Source: an uncultured archaeon (lineage in GTDB: Archaea > Altiarchaeota > Altiarchaeia > IMC4 > QMZM01). From it: DNA of 64,000 nucleotides. The position numbers and the translations under genes are program-made. Below the pieces are notes generated by a model. The model did no database searches. It saw only the letters and a program-made list of their open reading frames with translations, and was not told where the DNA came from. The stretch lies in NCBI GenBank assembly GCA_964549685.1, contig CAZJVE010000002.1, forward strand, positions 64,001 to 128,000, written 5' to 3'. Of the stretch, positions 57,158-64,000 are shown piece after piece (within the stretch, counting starts at the first letter, position 1; each line of letters opens with the position of its first letter).

Positions 57158-57442
57158 TCAGATGTCAGACCTTGCGGGCGCCTTCAGCCCGAACCTGTGG
57201 CCGCACCTGGGACAGGTCGTATGACTTCCCTTAGCATCGTTGTCAACCACTCCAAGGAGCCGCAGAGACTCCGTCCTCCTGTTCCTCGCCTCATCTATGA
57301 TGTCCGCCATCAGCCTGTAGCGCGCGGGCATATGGGCGCGAATATCCCTCCTGGTTTCAGGAGTGAGGTTGAGGCGCTTCTTTTTCCTTCCCTTTCTCGG
57401 AAGTGCTTTGAGGCTCGACCTGTGCAGAGCTTTTACGGCCAT
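57158..57442 (-). CDS. Hypothetical basic protein with a C-terminal CPRCG
   Basis: Fills the gap between dapB and the serpin on the same strand; TTCPRCGHRF. Confidence 0.5.
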   Translation of the reverse strand: MAVKALHRSSLKALPRKGRKKKRLNLTPETRRDIRAHMPARYRLMADIIDEARNRRTESLRLLGVVDNDAKGSHTTCPRCGHRFGLKAPARSDI

Positions 57443-57481
57443 TTTCGGATTATATTATTTGCTAAGAACTATAAAAGGAGT

Positions 57482-58291
57482 TTATTTCAGGCCGAGAACG
57501 TCGGCCATGGAGAAGATTCCCTTCTTTCCGCTGATGAATTGAACTGCCCTGATGACGCCGCTGGAGAACGCTCCTCTGGAATGCGCCCTGTGCGTAATTT
57601 CCACTCTCTCGCCCAGCGTGCCGAACAGGACCGTATGCTCGCCGACAATGTCCCCCGCCCTTATCGCATGGATTCCGATTTCTCCGGGCTGTCTTTCCTT
57701 GATTCCCTCTCTTCCGTAGACTGCTGAGTCGGAAAGCTTTTCGTTCAGCTCATCGGCTATGACCTCAGCGGTCTTCTTTGCAGTCCCTGACGGGGCGTCC
57801 TTCTTGAACCTGTGATGTGCCTCGGTAATCTCGATGTCGTAGTCCTTCAGGAGTCCCGTGGCGTTCCTGACCATCTCCCAGAATACGTTGACTCCGACGC
57901 TCATGTTCGGGGAGATGACCGCGCCGATTCCCGCGCCTTCGATATTCTTCTTTAACTCCCCCGTCTGCTCATCGGAAAGTCCCGTAGTTCCGATGACCAT
58001 ATCAATCTTGTTCTCACAAACGATTGCGGAATTCTTTACGCATGCCCCGGGGCCTGAAAAGTCCACCACGACGTCGGGCTTTGCCCGGTCGAGGATGTCC
58101 ATAAGGTTTCCTGCCCCGGCAACGGTTACGCCAAGGGCTGGAATTCCCGCGAGAGCGCCGGCATCTTGGCCCACAGCAGGGCTGTCGTCGCTGTCTATTG
58201 CAGCAACAACCTGCATGCCTTCGGCTGCAGCATTCCGAACTATCTCCCTGCCCATCCTGCCCATGCCGAGCATTGCGATTTTCGTTGCCAT
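57482..58291 (-). CDS. dapB: 4-hydroxy-tetrahydrodipicolinate reductase
   Basis: GRMGR, IGTTG, SPNMSVGVN and EAHHRFKKDAPSGTA. Confidence 0.96.
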   Translation of the reverse strand: MATKIAMLGMGRMGREIVRNAAAEGMQVVAAIDSDDSPAVGQDAGALAGIPALGVTVAGAGNLMDILDRAKPDVVVDFSGPGACVKNSAIVCENKIDMVIGTTGLSDEQTGELKKNIEGAGIGAVISPNMSVGVNVFWEMVRNATGLLKDYDIEITEAHHRFKKDAPSGTAKKTAEVIADELNEKLSDSAVYGREGIKERQPGEIGIHAIRAGDIVGEHTVLFGTLGERVEITHRAHSRGAFSSGVIRAVQFISGKKGIFSMADVLGLK

Positions 58292-58347
58292 CTCTACCTA
58301 TAATATTGAATTGAGAGATATATTAATCCAGATTTTCATATTATTAC

Positions 58348-58731
58348 ATGGCTGATGTCCTGATAATTGCTGGAAGCGAGTCTGACAAGGAGATTGTGAA
58401 GAAGGCAGAGGACGTGCTGAAGGAGAACAAGGTTTCTTACGACATCGAATACTGCTCCGCGCACCGGGAGCCGGACAGGCTCAAGGAGATTGTTGGAAAA
58501 GCCGATGCGAAGGTATTCATCTGCATTGCGGGTTTGTCAGCAGCTTTACCCGGAGTGGTTGCCTCCATAACAAAGAAGCCGGTCATCGGAGTTCCTGTTG
58601 CGGTGAAGCTTGATGGTCTTGATGCCCTGCTCAGCAGCATGCAAATGCCGAAGGGCGTTCCCGTAGCAACGGTGGGAATAGACAACGGCCAGAACGCTGC
58701 GTGGCTGGCTATTCGAATCCTGTCTCTCTGA
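58348..58731 (+). CDS. purE: AIR carboxylase / N5-CAIR mutase
   Basis: [20 protein letters not shown] and [10 protein letters not shown]. Confidence 0.93.
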   Translation: MADVLIIAGSESDKEIVKKAEDVLKENKVSYDIEYCSAHREPDRLKEIVGKADAKVFICIAGLSAALPGVVASITKKPVIGVPVAVKLDGLDALLSSMQMPKGVPVATVGIDNGQNAAWLAIRILSL

Positions 58732-59383
58732 TTAGGAGCTGGCCCCTCAGACCGTCCCATATCTTTTCCGATTTCTTTATCTCTATCTTCTTCTTGAATA
58801 TCGGGCCGTTGATGACGAAAGTTTCATACTCTCCACCCTCCCCGCCGACATCAATGCCGAATTTCCTGGAGAGCTTTTTTAATTCCTCCAGCGCCCCGGA
58901 ATCCAATGTCCTGCCCAGCCAGCTGTCGTCAAGGCCATCGGCTGCGACCCCCACAATGACCGTCTCGAATCCCGCATCTATAGCATCCGTGACCAGCTCC
59001 TCGTGATTATGCTGCCAGTAGGGGGCGACTGCCTCAAGACCAAGCTCCTCGCAGGCCTTTGAGACTATTCCATGCTGGTAGTTCGACCTTACTGCTCCTG
59101 CAACGACGCCCTCGACCCCGAATTCCCTCTTCATCTCCGCCAGTGAATTCGCCATGTCTACGTTCTCCTGCGGGGGCTTTCCGGAGGTCTTTCGCTGCAC
59201 GATTGGAATTTCCATTGCTTCAGCCTGGACCTTCGTCAGCTCTATGTTGGGGTAATGGAACATGTAGCTGTCGTCCCTTTCAGGAAGCATTGTCAAGAGG
59301 ACGGAGATTTCATGCTCCTCCATGGCCTTGTACATGGCCATGGTCGAGTCCTTCCCTCCCGAAAACAAGGAACAGAGCTTCAT
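58709..59383 (-). CDS. Diphthine--ammonia ligase (Dph6)
   Basis: SGGKDS PP-loop, SYMFH and [10 protein letters not shown]. Confidence 0.9.
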   Translation of the reverse strand: MKLCSLFSGGKDSTMAMYKAMEEHEISVLLTMLPERDDSYMFHYPNIELTKVQAEAMEIPIVQRKTSGKPPQENVDMANSLAEMKREFGVEGVVAGAVRSNYQHGIVSKACEELGLEAVAPYWQHNHEELVTDAIDAGFETVIVGVAADGLDDSWLGRTLDSGALEELKKLSRKFGIDVGGEGGEYETFVINGPIFKKKIEIKKSEKIWDGLRGQLLIRETGFE

Positions 59384-59421
59384 TCTGTTTTAATCTTGGA
59401 TTTCAATAGTTAATACTTTCG

Positions 59422-61788
59422 ATGGACAAGCGCTACAACCCGAAGGATATAGAGCCGAAGTGGCAGAAGAGCTGGAAGGGGAAGAAGGCACACAGGTTCA
59501 ATCCCGGCTCTGAAAAGGACGTCTATTCCATAGACACCCCGCCGCCCTTCACCTCGGGAACGCTGCACATGGGCCACGTCTATAACCACGTCTGGATTGA
59601 CCTCGTTGCCCGATACAAGAGAATGAGGGGCTTTGAGGTCTACCTGCCGCAGGGCTTCGACTGCCATGGGTTGCCGACAGAACTGAGAGTGGAGGAGGAG
59701 GTAGGGGTCAAGAAGGAGAGCAGGGAGGAATTCCTGAAGGCGTGCCAGGACTGGACAGAGACTGCGATAGAGAGGATGAGGAAGCAGTTCGATGATATCG
59801 GCTATTCCGCAGACTGGGATTACACCTACAAGACCATGGACGGCTCCTACAAGGCGCTGGTCCAGGGCACTCTGCTCGATTTCTATGAAAAGGGGCTGCT
59901 CTACAGGGAGAAGCACCCGGTTCTCTGGTGCCCGCAGTGCGAGACAGCACTGGCAAAGGCCGAGGTGGGGCACGTCGAGAGGGCCGGAAAATTCTATCAC
60001 ATAGACCTGGACTGCGAGGGGCATAAGCTTACAATAGCCACAACGAGACCGGAGATGATGCCGGCCTGCGTTGCGGTATTCGTGCATCCGGAAGACAAGA
60101 GGTACAAGAAATTCGTTGGCAAGAAGGCGAAAATGCCAATATTCGGTCAGGAGGTGCCAATCCTGGAAGACGAAGCAGTCGACATGGAATTCGGAACCGG
60201 GGTTGTCTACCTTTGTACCTTTGGAGATGAGCAGGACATTGCGTGGCAGAAGAAGTACAAGCTCCCGGTCATTGAGGCCCTCGACAAGAAGGGCAACATG
60301 ACCGAGGTCGCAGGGAAGTATGCAGGCATGAGTTCAAAGGAGGCGCAGAAGAAGATTTCCGAGGACTTGGTTGAGTCCGGTCACATAAGAAAGATTGAAG
60401 ACCTGACCCATGCCGTCCTGTCGCATACCGAAAGGAGCTCCTGCAAAACCCCTATCGAACTGTTGCCATTAAAGCAGTGGTTCATCAAGGTCAAGGAATT
60501 CAACCAGGACATCATAAAGGCGGCGAAGGAGATGAACTGGTATCCTGGCTATATGTTACAGCGCCTGATAGACTGGACCGAGTCCATGGACTGGGACTGG
60601 ATAATCTCCAGGCAGAGGGTATTTGGCACTCCCATCCCGTTCTGGGTCTGCGACTGCGGGGAGATTGTCGCCGCTGAAAGGAAGAAGCTGCCGGTCGACC
60701 CCAGGGGGACAAAGAGGAAGTGCCCTGGCTGCGGCAAAGAGGCCGAAGGGGTCAGGGACGTCTGCGACTGCTGGGTCGATTCGTCTGTAACTCCGTTAAT
60801 AATCTCAAAGTGGGGCTCGGACGAGGAGTTCTTCAAGAAGACCTATCCATCTTCACTGAGGCCGCAGGGCTACGAGATTATAAGGACTTGGGCATTCTAT
60901 ACCATCTTCAGGGATTTGATGCTGACGGGGAAGCCGTGCTTCAAGGACCTCATGATAAACGGTATGGTTGCAGGTCCTGATGGCAGGAAGATGTCCAAGT
61001 CCCTCGGCAACGTCATTGAGCCGGAGGAGCCGCTGGAGAAGTATTCTGCTGACACCATAAGACAGTGGGCGGCCAACGGAACTCTTGGAGCGGACTATCC
61101 ATTCTCCTGGGAGGAGTGCGAACACTCACAGAAGTTCATGACGAAGCTCTGGAACGTCAGCAGGTTCATAGGAATGCACCTCGAGGGCTACGACGGCAAG
61201 GAAGGCAAGATGAGAGACGTCGACCGCTGGCTGCTGACAAAGCTGCAGAAACTGGTTGAGGAATGCACGAAGAGCATGGATTCATACGTATTCAACATTC
61301 CCCTGGACAGGATAAGGAGCTTTATCTGGCACGATTTAGCCGATAATTACCTGGAGATGGTGAAGCACCGCCTCTATAAACCAGAGATTTACGGGGAGGA
61401 TTCAAGGAAGGGGGCACAGTATGCCCTGCATCTCACGCTGAGGACGGTTCTAAGTCTTCTTGCCCCGTTCACCCCCCATATCTGCGACGAGCTCTGGGAG
61501 GGCCTGCTGAAGGAGGGGGGTGCAACCTCCTCGCAGTGGCCGGAGGTTGATAAAAAGCTCGTTGACGAGGATGCCGAAAAAGCCGGAGAAATCCTCGTGG
61601 ACATCGTAACAAGAATCCGCAAGCATAAATCAGATAATAATCTCTCTCTGGGCAGTGAATTGGAAAGGGCCAAAATCCTCGCGCCGAAGGAGATGGGAGT
61701 TGAAAAAATCAAGGAAGATATCTCCGGAACTGGAAAGATAAAGGATATTGAGATTGCCGAAGGCCCCGAGCTGAAACTGGAGTTCTAA
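59422..61788 (+). CDS. valS: Valine--tRNA ligase
   Basis: IDTPPP, HMGH, DWIISRQRVFG and KMSKS. Confidence 0.96.
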   Translation: MDKRYNPKDIEPKWQKSWKGKKAHRFNPGSEKDVYSIDTPPPFTSGTLHMGHVYNHVWIDLVARYKRMRGFEVYLPQGFDCHGLPTELRVEEEVGVKKESREEFLKACQDWTETAIERMRKQFDDIGYSADWDYTYKTMDGSYKALVQGTLLDFYEKGLLYREKHPVLWCPQCETALAKAEVGHVERAGKFYHIDLDCEGHKLTIATTRPEMMPACVAVFVHPEDKRYKKFVGKKAKMPIFGQEVPILEDEAVDMEFGTGVVYLCTFGDEQDIAWQKKYKLPVIEALDKKGNMTEVAGKYAGMSSKEAQKKISEDLVESGHIRKIEDLTHAVLSHTERSSCKTPIELLPLKQWFIKVKEFNQDIIKAAKEMNWYPGYMLQRLIDWTESMDWDWIISRQRVFGTPIPFWVCDCGEIVAAERKKLPVDPRGTKRKCPGCGKEAEGVRDVCDCWVDSSVTPLIISKWGSDEEFFKKTYPSSLRPQGYEIIRTWAFYTIFRDLMLTGKPCFKDLMINGMVAGPDGRKMSKSLGNVIEPEEPLEKYSADTIRQWAANGTLGADYPFSWEECEHSQKFMTKLWNVSRFIGMHLEGYDGKEGKMRDVDRWLLTKLQKLVEECTKSMDSYVFNIPLDRIRSFIWHDLADNYLEMVKHRLYKPEIYGEDSRKGAQYALHLTLRTVLSLLAPFTPHICDELWEGLLKEGGATSSQWPEVDKKLVDEDAEKAGEILVDIVTRIRKHKSDNNLSLGSELERAKILAPKEMGVEKIKEDISGTGKIKDIEIAEGPELKLEF

Positions 61789-61789
61789 A

Positions 61790-62086
61790 ATGCCCAAGAA
61801 AAGATTTGGAAACCAGACCGCGGACCAGATACTGAAGCACCTGATAAACCTTCTTGACCCGGCAGCAAAGTACACACTCTCCGTCGACCCGTTGAACGTT
61901 CACTTCACCATCAGGGAGGCCATCGGGAAGACGCCCCGCTCCGAGAAGAGGAATAGATTGAGGGCAGCGCAGAGGAACCTCAGCAAGGGCAGGAAGAAGC
62001 ACATGGCCACGAAGAAGACGACCCGGCCGAAGATAAGGACTGTGAAGAAGGGAAGAACGGTGAACCTGAAGGGGCAGGTTTATTAA
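61790..62086 (+). CDS. Hypothetical highly basic protein
   Basis: 98-aa ORF starting 1 nt after valS; Lys/Arg-rich. Confidence 0.55.
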   Translation: MPKKRFGNQTADQILKHLINLLDPAAKYTLSVDPLNVHFTIREAIGKTPRSEKRNRLRAAQRNLSKGRKKHMATKKTTRPKIRTVKKGRTVNLKGQVY

Positions 62087-62098
62087 CTCCCCAAAGCC

Positions 62099-62980
62099 AT
62101 GTATAACGGGATGAAAAGACTGGTTTTGATGTTCCTGGTTATTCTACTCAGCGGATGCATTGGGGTGAGGGACGAGACGCCGTCGGTTTTACAGAACACC
62201 AGCTCGACAAGAGCCAGGATTATGATTGACACGCTGGGAGAGTTCGAATTCAATCCCAACGAGGTTGTTACAGTAAGGGAGGACATCTTTGTGGACGGAC
62301 AATTCTCCATTTTTGACATTCTGGTTTACCTGGACAACGATGGTTCAATCGACATGGAGTATCGGTTCGATGAGGAGATTAACACGCACGTCGTAGAATC
62401 CATCAACGGTAAAGAGGGCTGGTGGTACATGGCCTATTATAGCGGCGGCTGGTCCGAGAACAATGTCTTCAGGATGGACCACTACCCCTACAAGGAGAGT
62501 ACGTATATAAGGATTATCGAAGAGGACGCGGGAATGCTGGAGGAGATGTACGGCGTCTTCAGGGAGGAGATAGACAGAAAGGAGCAGAACAACGGCAAGG
62601 TGATAATCCCCAGAGTCATTATCGACGGGCCGAGAACCAACCTACGGCTGAATGATGTCGAGGTTACTGCGCATAATCTCAGAGATGACGTGTTCCAGCC
62701 CGGGACCATAACTGCAATCGATGTCATCATGTCCTTGGCCGAGCAGGGGAAACTCACATATGACCTCCAATGGTACGATTCGATTGGCAGGGCAAGGGTC
62801 GTGAGGAGCTACTGGGTCAGCAGGATAGATAACGACGCAAGCCACGGCCGCTGCGGCTTCGTCTATGAGGCGGGTTCATCCACCTATAGCGGCTTCAGGG
62901 GGAACCACATACACATTCCTGCAGATACGAGAGTCATAAATTCGCCGGAATACGAGGAGTGGTTCTGGATTTGCTTATAG
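62099..62980 (+). CDS. Hypothetical lipoprotein with an internal domain duplication
   Basis: Lipobox LSGC; similar halves VREDIFVDGQFSIFDIL and LRDDVFQPGTITAIDVI. Confidence 0.75.
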   Translation: MYNGMKRLVLMFLVILLSGCIGVRDETPSVLQNTSSTRARIMIDTLGEFEFNPNEVVTVREDIFVDGQFSIFDILVYLDNDGSIDMEYRFDEEINTHVVESINGKEGWWYMAYYSGGWSENNVFRMDHYPYKESTYIRIIEEDAGMLEEMYGVFREEIDRKEQNNGKVIIPRVIIDGPRTNLRLNDVEVTAHNLRDDVFQPGTITAIDVIMSLAEQGKLTYDLQWYDSIGRARVVRSYWVSRIDNDASHGRCGFVYEAGSSTYSGFRGNHIHIPADTRVINSPEYEEWFWICL

Positions 62981-63005
62981 TCTTTCAAGGATATAGGGTA
63001 GGGGG

Positions 63006-63671
63006 ATGGAAACAAAAATTGTATGTCTGGTGATGCTGACCTCATTCATTTTCATGTCTGGCTGCGTGTATCAGGACGAGAGCCAGTCGGTGAAAGAACT
63101 GCCGGAGGTGGGAGTCATGGAATACGAGGGTGAAAAGCTGTCGTCGGTAAACGACTTCAGGGAGAATTCAATACTTGGTCCGCAATATGTCGATGTCGAA
63201 ACCTACAGGCTTGAGATTTCAGGCCTGGTGGAGAATCCGGAGGAGTACACCTACGAGGAAGTGCTGGACAGGCAGAAATACTCCAAGGTCGTAACGCTGC
63301 ACTGTGTCGAGGGCTGGAGTGTGACGCTGCTGTGGGAGGGCGTCATGCTAAAGGACCTGTTGGAAGAGGCAGGAATAAAACCGGAGGCGAATACCATTAT
63401 ATTCTATGCCCATGACGGCTATTCGAGCTCGCTGCCCCTGGACTACATACTGGACAATGACATTATCATGGCCCATAGGATGAACGATGCGCCCCTGCTG
63501 CCGGAGCGGGGTTTCCCGTTCCAGCTGGTCGCCGAGGAGAAATGGGGCTACAAGTGGGTCAAGTGGATAACAAAGATCGAGCTGTCAAACAGGGCGGATT
63601 ACAAGGGTTACTGGGAGACCAGGGGCTACAACAATGACGGAGACCTCGACGGGCCGAAGCTTGAGAGGTAG
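63006..63671 (+). CDS. Molybdopterin-dependent oxidoreductase (sulfite oxidase/MsrP-like), lipoprotein
   Basis: LHCVEGW Mo-ligand Cys, WEGV, RGFPFQLV, GYKWVKWI and GYWETRGY; lipobox MSGC. Confidence 0.88.
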   Translation: METKIVCLVMLTSFIFMSGCVYQDESQSVKELPEVGVMEYEGEKLSSVNDFRENSILGPQYVDVETYRLEISGLVENPEEYTYEEVLDRQKYSKVVTLHCVEGWSVTLLWEGVMLKDLLEEAGIKPEANTIIFYAHDGYSSSLPLDYILDNDIIMAHRMNDAPLLPERGFPFQLVAEEKWGYKWVKWITKIELSNRADYKGYWETRGYNNDGDLDGPKLER

Positions 63672-63718
63672 CGAGGCACTATCTTTTATAAAGTAGGCAC
63701 CATATTATATAGGTTGAA

Positions 63719-64000
63719 ATGAAAAGGTTCGCTTTATTTGCACTAATTGCGCTGGTTCTAATCAGTGGATGTACTCAGCAGCAGGAATCGCCGGAAACCA
63801 CTATCATTGCAACGACCCTGCAGCAGGAGACGACTCTGGCGGAGGAGACGACCATTGCACAGGAGACGACGGTTCAGGCAGAGGAGACGAGCACCGTGGG
63901 AGAGGTGACGACAACTTTGGAGGAGAGCAGCACCATCCAGCCAGAGGAAACGATTACCCTTGCAGAACCCACTGTTCGCGAATTCTCCATGACGGCCAAA
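63719..64000 (+). CDS. Lipoprotein with a Glu/Thr-rich linker, truncated by the window end (possibly cupredoxin)
   Basis: MKRFALFALIALVLISGC, then QEETT-type repeats, then VREFSMTAK. Confidence 0.65.
   Translation, partial: MKRFALFALIALVLISGCTQQQESPETTIIATTLQQETTLAEETTIAQETTVQAEETSTVGEVTTTLEESSTIQPEETITLAEPTVREFSMTAK

Overview
Archaeal chromosomal window with no rRNA, CRISPR array, integrase or transposase. PolD (DP1/DP2), aIF5B, archaeal SecDF, Sec61beta, SRP RNA, an FtsZ2-like protein and a bacterial-type MtdA/B methylene-H4MPT dehydrogenase are most consistent with Candidatus Altiarchaeota (inference). Most genes are housekeeping. The standout is a set of six secreted or N-terminally anchored modular proteins: two subtilases lacking a propeptide, a gingipain-like C25 protease, a beta-helix protein, a lamin-tail/cupredoxin protein and a small possible membrane anchor. 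All six carry the same ~45-aa dockerin-like tail (one EF-hand-like loop plus two helices each ending in Trp). Two also carry cohesin-like domains, four lie in a 16-kb block with secDF, sec61beta and the SRP RNA, and a lipoprotein serpin is encoded in the same window. This suggests a cellulosome-like, self-assembling extracellular proteolytic or matrix complex. Other oddities: GNA-triloop hairpin elements at all three stable-RNA loci (one with a 14-bp direct repeat, one inside a tRNA intron), an SRP RNA with a UGAC helix-8 tetraloop, a stand-alone N-terminal Dph2 fragment coupled to a VapBC module, and several small genes missed by the ORF track. All calls come from reading motifs by eye; no searches were run.
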